Part shown: piece after piece, positions 36,712 to 45,267 of the stretch
How the letters are laid out: the number at the start of each line of letters is the position of its first letter
Numbering within the stretch: position 1 is the first letter of the stretch
Assembly (NCBI GenBank): GCA_963657245.1
Contig: CAVKLJ010000003.1
Span: 65,219 to 129,218, forward strand
Direction: 5' to 3'
DNA: 64,000 nucleotides
Origin: Lachnospiraceae bacterium
GTDB lineage: Bacteria > Bacillota_I > Bacilli_A > RFN20 > CAG-826
Position numbers and translations under genes: made by a program
The notes under the pieces: generated by a model
The model's database searches: none
What the model saw: only the letters and a program-made list of their open reading frames with translations
Told to the model about the DNA's origin: nothing

Positions 36712-38565
36712 ATGACTAAAAAGAAGTTATTAAGTCTTTCAGTCCTTGGAACTGGTGCTCTCTTAGCATTAGCAGGCTGTAAGGGTCATGAACACACTGC
36801 CGGAACAGAGTGGGAACATGACGAAACAAATCACTGGCATCTTTGCACAGGCTGTGGAGAAAAGATGGACGTTGCTGCTCATTCATTTGAAGACCACGTC
36901 GTCGCTCCAACAGATGATGCCCAAGGCTACACAGAGCACGTTTGTTCTTGTGGTTATACTGTGAAAGACACATATGTGGACAAAGAATACGAAATCACCT
37001 TCGAGGGGGGGGATTATGCATTCGCTTTAGGGCTTGCAGAGAAATCCAAAGCTGGCGCAACAGTCAGCTTCAAAGTTACCCTTGAATCTGGTTACGAAGC
37101 CTATAGCGTTACCGCTTCCTATGGCGAAGGAGAAAGCGCAACAGCCGTTGCTCTTACTGGTTCCTTACAAGAAGGATTTACCTTCACAATGCCAAAGGCT
37201 GCTGTAACCATAAAAGCAGAAACACGTGGAGCTTACTTCGAAGTTGCTCCAGCCGATGAAGAAAAAGCCATCGTCACACCAGAATACAAGAACGCTACAG
37301 CTAAGACCATCTCCAACTTTATTGGTGGTTATATCGTTGATGATAAAATCTACACCGGAGACACAACAATCTATGCAAGAGCAGGCGCAACAGTCCACCT
37401 TCTTAGAAATTATGTCCACATTGCCGATAACATTGTTTACACAATCGACGGCGTCGAATGTGAACCAACACAATATTCCATAATCGAAGAAGTTGAAGTT
37501 GATGATGACGGTGAAACAACAACAGAAGGCGAAACCAAGAAAACAGAAGAAGTCAAACATACATATAACACAATTGATTTCGTTATGCCTGCTCACTCTG
37601 TCAGCGTCGATGTAACAGCTGTCGAAAGGGAATTCCAATTCGATGTCGTAGCACCTGACTATGTCATCACAGAGCTCTACACCGTAGATGCAGAAGGCAA
37701 CAAAACCGATGTTACAGGAAGAAAAGGTGCAAGCGGAAGTTCATCTACCGATACCGACAAGATCTTCTTAGATGTAAAGCTTGATGCAGAACACAGTAAT
37801 GGAAACTACAAGATCAGCAATGTCACCGTCGAATACGAAACTAGATCTGGTTATGAAGACAAAAAAGGAACAGTTGTGCCAACGTCCGCAAAAGCCGAAA
37901 CAGCTGGCAAGACCTATTCCTACTCTCCAAACACATACACTGCATATTATGGAAATATCAAACTCAAAGTTGATGTATTAGAGGCAAAATATAAAGACGC
38001 AACATGGGTTGGCGAATATGGTGGAACAGAATTCTATGGTGGCAGCATGGGATCATCCTATAGCATAACTGCAGATGCATTCGGACAATTGACAATGCCT
38101 GGTTATTGGTCTGATACCACATACGCCGTTCTTAGTGATGATGGCGAAGGCAAATTAGGAGTTAACTCCTCAGCTTCTGCCGAAGCCCCATCTACATACG
38201 CATTCTATGATGGCGATGTGCTTATTCTTAACTACTACTCAACAAGACTTGATAACTTTACAGATGTTTATTGTTTCATCAGAGGAAAGAAGAACTCCGA
38301 AATCACTTGGAGCAGATCTACCGGTGGTAGAATGGATGATACAGCCGCTATCTATGTCGTTGCTAAGGATTCCGATGGAAAAGAATTAGGTAACTTCTTA
38401 AAGGCCGGAAAAGATTTCTATTTCAACGTTACAGTTAAGAATGAAGACGGCACAACAGAAGGCGTCAACGTAAACGCAAACTCCAACTTTGTTATCTACA
38501 AAGCAGGAACAAAAGTTGCTCACTATGGCGTTGTTGATGGCGAGTTCGGAAAGATCGAAGACTAA
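36712..38565 (+). CDS. Surface lipoprotein with Cys/His-rich N-terminal module
   Basis: 617 aa. Lipobox LALAGC is followed by KGHEHTAGTEWEHDETNHWHLCTGCGEKMDVAAHSFEDH...HVCSCGY. RBS AAAGGAGAA. The gene appears more GC-rich than its neighbours. Confidence 0.7.
   Translation: MTKKKLLSLSVLGTGALLALAGCKGHEHTAGTEWEHDETNHWHLCTGCGEKMDVAAHSFEDHVVAPTDDAQGYTEHVCSCGYTVKDTYVDKEYEITFEGGDYAFALGLAEKSKAGATVSFKVTLESGYEAYSVTASYGEGESATAVALTGSLQEGFTFTMPKAAVTIKAETRGAYFEVAPADEEKAIVTPEYKNATAKTISNFIGGYIVDDKIYTGDTTIYARAGATVHLLRNYVHIADNIVYTIDGVECEPTQYSIIEEVEVDDDGETTTEGETKKTEEVKHTYNTIDFVMPAHSVSVDVTAVEREFQFDVVAPDYVITELYTVDAEGNKTDVTGRKGASGSSSTDTDKIFLDVKLDAEHSNGNYKISNVTVEYETRSGYEDKKGTVVPTSAKAETAGKTYSYSPNTYTAYYGNIKLKVDVLEAKYKDATWVGEYGGTEFYGGSMGSSYSITADAFGQLTMPGYWSDTTYAVLSDDGEGKLGVNSSASAEAPSTYAFYDGDVLILNYYSTRLDNFTDVYCFIRGKKNSEITWSRSTGGRMDDTAAIYVVAKDSDGKELGNFLKAGKDFYFNVTVKNEDGTTEGVNVNANSNFVIYKAGTKVAHYGVVDGEFGKIED
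37005..37012 (+). repeat. G8 homopolymer inside lipoprotein gene 36712..38565
   Basis: ttcgaGGGGGGGGat encodes F-E-G-G-D and is in frame as sequenced. It is the longest G/C run I saw in this AT-rich window. Confidence 0.9.
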
Positions 38566-38580
38566 CATCTAACATCTCAA

Positions 38581-38612
38581 AACGTCGCATTTAATCGTGC
38601 GGCGTTTTTTCT
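38581..38612 (+). terminator. Rho-independent terminator
   Basis: AACGTCGCA-tttaatcg-TGCGGCGTT followed by TTTTT. Confidence 0.75.
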
Positions 38613-38670
38613 TTTGCCAAAATAAGGCTGTTTTAATATAGATATTTCAATAATTAGAAAAATAAACGCT

Positions 38671-39915
38671 TTATTTCTCAGCCTGTGTTCCTGATAAGAA
38701 ATCACTTACCGCATCATCGAAGTTGATAACTATATGGACTTGTTTTCCATAACGATTGTTGATGAAAGAATATAAATCAGTCTTTATTTTCTTATGCCCT
38801 TCTGGATTGTCCATCTCAGAAGGAACGATCATATCGAATACTAAGTTAACATTCTCTTTTCCAGAGATGATTCTAAAGTCATGGTAACGGATTTCTTTAT
38901 TTGTTTTGGAAATAAACTCTTCAAGTAGTTTCTTGTATTTATCCGTATCAGGATCATCTACAAGAACCGGATCCATATGAACGGTTAGATGGATGTGTAG
39001 CAAAGAAAATACTTCTTTTTCGAGTTGATCACATAACTCATGAGATAACATGACATCTTCTTTTGCATCCACTTCAACATGGATGACGCCAAATATTGCT
39101 TTGCCATAGGTATGAAGTTCTAAATCATGGATACCAAGCACTCCTTTATGTTTGAGCAATAAAGAAACCAAGGAATCAATTAATTCTTGGCTTGGTTTTT
39201 CTCCAACAAGAGAATTGGCTGCTTCCTTGATAATGCCTATGCCTGAGATTGTAACCAATATGGCAACAAAGAGAGTAAAGAAACAATCCACATCATATCC
39301 AGTGAAATAAGAAATAAGGATGCCAACAATAACTAAAGAGGTCGATATGCAATCATTTAACGCATCCTTGCCTAAGGCTTTTAATTGTTGAGAAGAAATC
39401 TTCTTTCCATAAGAGAAATATATCGATGATTGAGTTACCTTGACAAGAATTGCAAGAGACAATAAGCAAAGAGAAGTCACGTACATTGTATAAGAGAATC
39501 CTCTAGATAATGGTTTTCCTGTTTCAATCATTGATTTACAAAACGAAATAAGATCAGTGATTCCTTGATAGGCCATCACTGCACCAAGAGCAATAATTAC
39601 GCAGCCAATAATAAGAGAAATAATATATTCCGTTCTTTGATGACCATAAGGATGTTCTTTATCCGCTGGTTTGAAAGTTACCTTCACTCCAAACACGCTT
39701 AAAAGATTGTTTCCAAAGTCACTTAAGTTGTTGATGGAATCGGATACCAAAGAAAACAATCCAAGAATAATGCCAATAACAATCTTCGAAATAAACAAAA
39801 GAAAATTAGTGACCAGTCCGAAAAGAGACGCGACAAATCCGTATTTCTTTTGAACAAGTGGGTCGTTGACTTTCTTATAATCCTTAACAAATAATTTCAG
39901 TAATAAATTTCCCAT
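38671..39915 (-). CDS. Cation diffusion facilitator (CDF) family metal efflux transporter
   Basis: 414 aa with six TM segments, the HPYGHQRTEY motif after TM2 and a cytoplasmic C-terminal domain. Confidence 0.8.
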   Translation of the reverse strand: MGNLLLKLFVKDYKKVNDPLVQKKYGFVASLFGLVTNFLLFISKIVIGIILGLFSLVSDSINNLSDFGNNLLSVFGVKVTFKPADKEHPYGHQRTEYIISLIIGCVIIALGAVMAYQGITDLISFCKSMIETGKPLSRGFSYTMYVTSLCLLSLAILVKVTQSSIYFSYGKKISSQQLKALGKDALNDCISTSLVIVGILISYFTGYDVDCFFTLFVAILVTISGIGIIKEAANSLVGEKPSQELIDSLVSLLLKHKGVLGIHDLELHTYGKAIFGVIHVEVDAKEDVMLSHELCDQLEKEVFSLLHIHLTVHMDPVLVDDPDTDKYKKLLEEFISKTNKEIRYHDFRIISGKENVNLVFDMIVPSEMDNPEGHKKIKTDLYSFINNRYGKQVHIVINFDDAVSDFLSGTQAEK

Positions 39916-40059
39916 AGATACGATTCTATTTCCTTTTTTAGAGTATGTATAAATTAACTCTAAAGCAAATAAAAACAGCCAAGAAATACATAACCTAAAA
40001 AATAATTATATTTATTTACTTAAATGTCGTATAATAGATGCATAAGGAAAGAGTGGAAT

Positions 40060-41346
40060 ATGATTTGTCCTAAATGCGGTAAAGAAAATACATCAGATGC
40101 CTCATTCTGCAAGAACTGCGGCTTCTCCTTTAAAGAGAATTGCTGCCCTAAGTGTGGAAAGGTGAATAGCCCTTCTTCTAAGTTTTGTCAGTCTTGTGGG
40201 GCTTCATTAGAAAGTAAAAAGAAAACAGTAAACAATAACGCCAGAGAAAATGTATCTAAGATATTCGCTAAAATCATCTCGATAATGATGATTGTCTATT
40301 TCTCTATATGCATTATTTTTAGTTTTTGCCCATATTTAAAGATAACATCTAGTTATGATACTTATTACTATGGCATTTGGAATGTTTTTAACCTATTCGG
40401 TTATAACAGCAATGATCAAACAGGACTAAGAATCTATGAAATAAACAACGTTACTAACGTGAGTGTTGTTATTATCTTAGTAACAAGCATGTTGTTATAT
40501 AACCTTGCTATAGCTGCATTAAGCATTTATGGCATTGCAAAAGAAGGAAGTTCCTTATCTCATAAGAGGGCATCATCAACTGACATCGTTTTAATTGCTG
40601 TCCTCTTTGCTAGCTACTTATTACAAACAATCTTGATTTCTTCATTTCCATCTAAATATCTCTACGGCTATAACTCGGTAAGACCTGGATTTGGATTAAA
40701 TACAATAAAGATCCTTGGTATCATCCTTCTCTTATTCAAGTTAACATATCGCCTCGTATTCACCTTCGATAAAAACAAAGGATATTGCTTTGCCTCTTAT
40801 ATTTGCTTAGCGGCAATAATATTCCAATATTTCAGAGTTCTTAATGATTTATCAGGATTTGTAACTATCATTCCAACAAAGAGCAATGAACAATTTACGC
40901 AAATAGGATTTATTGCCTTCTTCCGTGTAACAATGGAAAACCTCGTAAATCACATCAATGCGGGTAATGTTACCTTACAAGCATCAAGATTTATAATGAC
41001 TCTCTCTGACGTATTTATGTATCTTAACTTCTTTATGATTGTAGCAATCATGGCTTTAGGAATCTTAACTGCCAAGACATTATTCTTAGAGCATCCTACC
41101 AAAGCTTCAATCGTCTACCCAGCAATAATTGTCGGTCTAACTTTAATTCTTTCCCTTGGCGGATGGTTTAACGTCTCATTTATGAGTGCTGAAATCCATG
41201 GCTGTTTTGGAAAAGATACGGGTTATCTATATATCATTGGCATTGGCTCAATACTTTCCTTTATCTCTGCTTTAGCTGCTCTTGGTGCGGGAATCGCTTC
41301 CTACGTTCTAAAGAAAAAGGCAGGCAATAACACCTACCTTTTATAA
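40060..41346 (+). CDS. Double zinc-ribbon membrane protein
   Basis: I prefer the start MICPKCGKEN... at 40060, because a TATAAT at 40030 lies inside the longer track ORF. Two CxxC...CxxC ribbons are followed by about 10 TM segments. Confidence 0.6.
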   Translation: MICPKCGKENTSDASFCKNCGFSFKENCCPKCGKVNSPSSKFCQSCGASLESKKKTVNNNARENVSKIFAKIISIMMIVYFSICIIFSFCPYLKITSSYDTYYYGIWNVFNLFGYNSNDQTGLRIYEINNVTNVSVVIILVTSMLLYNLAIAALSIYGIAKEGSSLSHKRASSTDIVLIAVLFASYLLQTILISSFPSKYLYGYNSVRPGFGLNTIKILGIILLLFKLTYRLVFTFDKNKGYCFASYICLAAIIFQYFRVLNDLSGFVTIIPTKSNEQFTQIGFIAFFRVTMENLVNHINAGNVTLQASRFIMTLSDVFMYLNFFMIVAIMALGILTAKTLFLEHPTKASIVYPAIIVGLTLILSLGGWFNVSFMSAEIHGCFGKDTGYLYIIGIGSILSFISALAALGAGIASYVLKKKAGNNTYLL

Positions 41347-41363
41347 GCAAAAATCTAAATATC

Positions 41364-41708
41364 CTACTCAAAATCAGTATATTTTGTAGAATTTCCTTTA
41401 GCTTTTTCCATTGGATATTTCTTTTCGTTCTTCGCCATTTTCGAATTAACGATCTCGTCTTCATCAAGACCAAGTTTATCTAAAAGATCTCTGCAATAGA
41501 TGATGACGTCCGCTAATTCTTCTTTAACGTGTTCTAAATCATATCCATCATCAGACCATTGAAAACATTCTAAAAGTTCGTTTGCTTCGATAGAGATACT
41601 TTTAGCTAGATTTGCTGGAGAATGGAACTTCGACCAATCTCTATCATCGATAAATTTATGTATTCTCTCTACTGTTTCTTTTTTCATATCCACTCCTCGT
41701 TTATTCAT
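41364..41708 (-). CDS. MazG-like nucleotide pyrophosphohydrolase
   Basis: 114 aa with FHSPANLAKSISIEANELLECFQW and ELADVIIYC, which is the EExxE/D pattern of the all-alpha NTP-PPase fold. Confidence 0.7.
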   Translation of the reverse strand: MNKRGVDMKKETVERIHKFIDDRDWSKFHSPANLAKSISIEANELLECFQWSDDGYDLEHVKEELADVIIYCRDLLDKLGLDEDEIVNSKMAKNEKKYPMEKAKGNSTKYTDFE

Positions 41709-41747
41709 ATCAATTATACAAACGATGAAGAATAGCGATTAGCCTAT

Positions 41748-41782
41748 TTGAAAAGGCTCTCTTTATTTGTTCGAAGAGAGCC
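41748..41782 (-). terminator. Terminator of the GPH/MFS symporter gene
   Basis: GGCTCTCTT-N10-AAGAGAGCC 9-bp stem with a T-run on the minus strand. Confidence 0.7.
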
Positions 41783-41788
41783 TTGATT

Positions 41789-43300
41789 TTATTTAGGTGA
41801 TTCTTTGCTTTCCATTTCAGCTAAGACCCTTTGTTCAAATTCTTGTTGCTTAGCTAAATGCTTATCAGATAACTCTTTCTTCTTATCGTCCCATTCCTTG
41901 CCATGTAATGGATAGAACCACATAGCAATAAAGGAAAGAACAAGTAAGATGCCCGTAATTAAGAACCAACAGATGAATAAACCATTCTTTGCTTGCATAG
42001 TTTGTGAAGCGTAGTCGATAACTTCAACAACATTGCCAGCATCATTTGTCGTTGTGGTTTTTAAATCTTTGTTGAAGCCAAATAAAGAGGCAATCATCAA
42101 AGGGAAGAGAGCTGTTGCAATTGATCCAGCTGGTTTGGTGATAAGAGAGTTAATACCGGCATAAACGCCTTCTCTTCTTGTTCCGTTATCCGCTTCATCT
42201 TTATCAATAACATCGCCATTGACCATTGGAACAAGATATAAGCCACCGGCTAAGCCAATACCGCAAAGGAAGAAAGTCAGAACACAAACATAGAAATATT
42301 GTCCTAAGAATGCGCCAAGCAAACACCCTGCGCCCATTGCGCCAGTAAGAATTAACATTTCCACACGTAAGCCAAGTTTATTTCTCGTGAAATTAAAGAA
42401 AATAATACCTAAAATGACACCAACAGCCAAAGCGGCGTAAAGAACTGTAATCGAGCTTCCGCCAATCCAGCCATTAGGCGCGCCATCAATTGCCCACATA
42501 CCTGAAGCGTAGGTCAAACCAACCATCAAAGCGTTTTGAGCGAAAATAACCGTCCAGGAAACGACTTCAAATAAAAGGAATGATTTATTCTTCAAACAAA
42601 GTTTTAACCCTTCAAAGAACTTAGGCTGTTCTTCTTCAATAACATAGCCATTTTCTTTGTAGAAGAAAGTTGAAATAAAGACAACCGCTCCACAAACAAG
42701 CCCCATGCCCGCCATAATGAGAGGGAATATTTGCGCATTATGCTCAATCAATTTGTCTAATTGAGAATTCAAGATCATTGGAGCGCCGTAACTAATTAGT
42801 GAGAAAAGGATATTGAAGAGAAATATCTTATTTCTTGCTTTGTTTGTAACCGCCATCTCATAAGGCATAACATAAATCGCCGAAGCAATTGCCGTATAAA
42901 GAAGGTCATAAAGGAACAAGCCAAGAAGTTCTTGAACAAAGAGTAGTCCTTGGTTAACGCCATTGCTTTCAAGGGCTGGTAGCCACATAAGCGCATAGAT
43001 AAGCGCCATAATTGGTGCGCCATATCTTATCCATGGAATTCTACGGCCAAGCTTCGAATGAGTCCTATCTGCCAAGAATCCATAAATCGGATCGTTAATC
43101 GCATTCCAAACGCCAAAGATGATCCATACGATCATATTTAGGGTTTCATTCAATCCTAGTTTGTTAACAAAGAGATATTGGAATGCCGCACCTTCCGCAA
43201 AAGCACACAACAATCCCGTACCAGCATTTGCTGCACCTAGCCAAACCGCACTAGATGTTTTTACTTTTTCCTCTCTGAGAGGTAATCTTTCATCTGCCAT
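41789..43300 (-). CDS. GPH-family (MelB/YicJ-like) MFS glycoside:cation symporter
   Basis: 503 aa with 12 TM segments. The N-terminal motif is LADRTHSKLGRRIPWI, i.e. the GPH D-R-T..GR.RP signature. Confidence 0.7.
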   Translation of the reverse strand: MADERLPLREEKVKTSSAVWLGAANAGTGLLCAFAEGAAFQYLFVNKLGLNETLNMIVWIIFGVWNAINDPIYGFLADRTHSKLGRRIPWIRYGAPIMALIYALMWLPALESNGVNQGLLFVQELLGLFLYDLLYTAIASAIYVMPYEMAVTNKARNKIFLFNILFSLISYGAPMILNSQLDKLIEHNAQIFPLIMAGMGLVCGAVVFISTFFYKENGYVIEEEQPKFFEGLKLCLKNKSFLLFEVVSWTVIFAQNALMVGLTYASGMWAIDGAPNGWIGGSSITVLYAALAVGVILGIIFFNFTRNKLGLRVEMLILTGAMGAGCLLGAFLGQYFYVCVLTFFLCGIGLAGGLYLVPMVNGDVIDKDEADNGTRREGVYAGINSLITKPAGSIATALFPLMIASLFGFNKDLKTTTTNDAGNVVEVIDYASQTMQAKNGLFICWFLITGILLVLSFIAMWFYPLHGKEWDDKKKELSDKHLAKQQEFEQRVLAEMESKESPK

Positions 43301-43303
43301 TTG

Positions 43304-44230
43304 TTATTTCCTTTCAAATGTCTTATTTATAAAACTCATGCATATCTCTTCATATGCCTGAGGATTTACCTGATATGATTCTGCATGATTGGCCCCTTCA
43401 ACTAAATGAATTACGGCATGATCTTTGCAAGCTTCGTATACTTCTTCTCCTTCACATGTAGGAACAAAATTATCCTTTGCTCCATGAATTATGAGAATTG
43501 GCTTATCGCTAACTTTTGCTGAATCTAGAGGAATGACGTCTTCCATTGAAAACTTATAAAAACATTTGAGCATTTGATTTATGCCATGAATAAAAATAGT
43601 TGATATGTGAGCTTGTTTCATTTTATGAAGGAGAACTTTTCTTAATGAAGAATATCCACAGTCCTCAATAGCAAAAGAAACATTTGGATGATATTGCAAG
43701 GATTGGAGAATGCTTGCTGCACCCATTGATTCTCCATGTAAGCCAATAATTGCATCTTCACCAAATCTTTGATGGCAATAATTAACTATGTCAACAACGT
43801 CTCTTCCTTCTTTATATCCCATCGTTGTGAATTTGGTTTTGTTCTCCCCATGTCCCCTTTCATCATATAGGAGAATAGAAAAGCCGTTCTTAAAAAAGAA
43901 TTGGGCGTATTTCAAGGAACCTTCCCTATTCCATGTATATCCATGGGCTATGATCATAATTTTCTCGTTGTCTTTATTTGGGGAGAAATCAGCGCAAATA
44001 AAAGAGCCATCGCTCATTTTAATTGAGATTGGTTCTCTTTTTAAATAAGACATATCCGCAGGAATTAGCCCTTTATCTACATCAACTTTATGAGTAAATT
44101 CCTTCTTAAATCTTTTTGGATGCGTCAAAAAATGAGCCAAGCCAAAAGATAAAGCGAAATATGCGATAAGCAAAAACGCTAAAACAGAAAATAAAATGAT
44201 TAAAGCTATAACCCAAGGTGTCATCTTCAA
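43304..44230 (-). CDS. Membrane-anchored alpha/beta hydrolase
   Basis: 308 aa with an N-terminal TM helix, the nucleophile elbow GESMGA, and HG/GANH motifs. Confidence 0.65.
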   Translation of the reverse strand: MKMTPWVIALIILFSVLAFLLIAYFALSFGLAHFLTHPKRFKKEFTHKVDVDKGLIPADMSYLKREPISIKMSDGSFICADFSPNKDNEKIMIIAHGYTWNREGSLKYAQFFFKNGFSILLYDERGHGENKTKFTTMGYKEGRDVVDIVNYCHQRFGEDAIIGLHGESMGAASILQSLQYHPNVSFAIEDCGYSSLRKVLLHKMKQAHISTIFIHGINQMLKCFYKFSMEDVIPLDSAKVSDKPILIIHGAKDNFVPTCEGEEVYEACKDHAVIHLVEGANHAESYQVNPQAYEEICMSFINKTFERK

Positions 44231-44307
44231 AGGGAATTATATAGCAGTAATATGAAAGTTAAAAATAGTTTTTTAAACGACTTAAATAATTTATATGTAT
44301 TTGAGTT

Positions 44308-44520
44308 TTATTGATTATTCTTGTTATATTCTTCAATAGCCTTCATATATTCGTCGATGGCTTTTTTAATTGTCTCCGATTTGTTATCCTGGCTTTCCAA
44401 AAAACCAGCAATAGCCTTATCTCTATCATTAGATCCAACATTTAATGTTACCTTGATGTTTCTAATGTTTTTTTCGTTCCAACGTCTTTTACGATTTGTT
44501 TCTTTTTTAACGTCTCTCAT
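44308..44520 (-). CDS. Small ribbon-helix-helix (Arc/CopG-like) DNA-binding protein
   Basis: 70 aa from ATG 44520: MRDVKKETNRKRRWNEKNIRNIKVTLNVGS...AIAGFLE...IKKAIDEYM. It follows the basic arm, beta strand, two helices pattern. The track's 84-aa version extends into the upstream RNA hairpin. Confidence 0.55.
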   Translation of the reverse strand: MRDVKKETNRKRRWNEKNIRNIKVTLNVGSNDRDKAIAGFLESQDNKSETIKKAIDEYMKAIEEYNKNNQ

Positions 44521-44670
44521 AATTATTTCCCATGGTGGAGGCTCGGGCCTCCTTGACGCCAACGGATTAAAGAACTAAACTAAGTATGCAATTGATGAGT
44601 TCCAGCAAGAGCGCGAGAAGTGGCGACCACTTCAAGAGCCACGCTAGAACTCTTTTTATTTGCATTTTCG

Positions 44671-44736
44671 CTAAGGTGGTTTTCCCACAAAATCCATTTG
44701 CGTCTCAGAAACCCTTGCCCCCATTGGTGCGATCAT
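44671..44736 (-). CDS. Candidate 21-codon leader sORF (MIAPMGARVSETQMDFVGKPP*)
   Basis: AAAGGAGGG lies 11 nt upstream of the ATG. Length and 13/21 residues are conserved with copy 2, and 4 of the identical residues use different codons. It ends KPP-stop. Confidence 0.5.
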   Translation of the reverse strand: MIAPMGARVSETQMDFVGKPP

Positions 44737-44790
44737 TTGGGTATTGCCCTCCTTTTCGCATCAGCAGCAAGGTTCTCTTGCCACATACAT

Positions 44791-44819
44791 ATTATAAACC
44801 ATACTAGTATTAGTATCAA
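44791..44819 (-). promoter_or_regulatory. Consensus sigma-70 promoter of module 1
   Basis: On the minus strand: TTGATA (44819..44814), N17, TATAAT (44796..44791). Confidence 0.7.
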
Positions 44820-45062
44820 TATCTATTTGATTAAATTTAATTCACCACTAATTTTCTAATCATTTAAAACAATGAGTTGCCCAAACCACGTTAAAGTAAT
44901 CCAAATTTTTAGATTTTAACCATGGTGGAGGCTCGGGCCTCCTTGACACAAACAGGTTAATTAACTAGAATATAAATGCTTTTATGAGTTCTAGCAGTAG
45001 CGCGAGAAGTGGCGACCACTTCAAGAGCCACGCTAGAATCTTTTTTAATCGCATGGCATCAG

Positions 45063-45128
45063 TTATGGCGGTTTAAACCAAAAACCTGTTGTTGTCTCAG
45101 AAGCCTTCGCCCCCATTTTTGCGATCAT
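45063..45128 (-). CDS. Candidate 21-codon leader sORF (MIAKMGAKASETTTGFWFKPP*)
   Basis: Same SD and spacing as the copy 1 sORF. Confidence 0.5.
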   Translation of the reverse strand: MIAKMGAKASETTTGFWFKPP

Positions 45129-45181
45129 TTGGGTATTGCCCTCCTTTTCGCATCAATGGCAGGGTTATTTGCCATGTTTCA

Positions 45182-45210
45182 ATTATAAACCGTACTAGTA
45201 TTAGTATCAA
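45182..45210 (-). promoter_or_regulatory. Consensus sigma-70 promoter of module 2
   Basis: On the minus strand: TTGATA (45210..45205), N17, TATAAT (45187..45182). Confidence 0.7.
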
Positions 45211-45267
45211 GGCTTATTTATGATTTTTTTGCTTAACAACACTGCTATTCAATCAGCTGATTCGACG

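Larger units (their letters stand above)
44529..44819 (-). ncRNA. Leader/ncRNA module copy 1: promoter, sORF and structured RNA ending in a GGAGG-sequestering hairpin
   Basis: Same 291-bp length as copy 2, with a mosaic of perfect blocks (28, 39 and 35 nt). The long-range helix GACGCAAATGG (44704..44694) pairs with CCGTTGGCGTC (44565..44555). There is a ~75-nt irregular hairpin with a GAAGTGG-tcg-CCACTTC tip. The terminal hairpin is GGAGGC-ccga-GCCTCC. Confidence 0.6.
44920..45210 (-). ncRNA. Leader/ncRNA module copy 2, with no protein gene downstream
   Basis: See copy 1. The equivalent long-range helix GACAACAACAGG (45096..45085) pairs with CCTGTTTGTGTC (45056..45045), keeping the pairing with different sequence. 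The 5' hairpin TGGCA/TGCCA replaces GCAAG/CTTGC. Confidence 0.6.

Noticed and set aside
44521-44859. Plus-strand ORFs 44586..44807 (73 aa) and 44620..44859 (79 aa), and the 14-codon N-terminal extension (MASRRPEPPPWEII) of the 84-aa minus-strand ORF.
   Set aside because: They run straight through the duplicated structured element and have no RBS. They are not conserved as reading frames between the two copies, which carry indel-free but heavily substituted blocks. The extension is simply the translated GGAGGC/GCCTCC hairpin. ATG 44520 is the sensible start.
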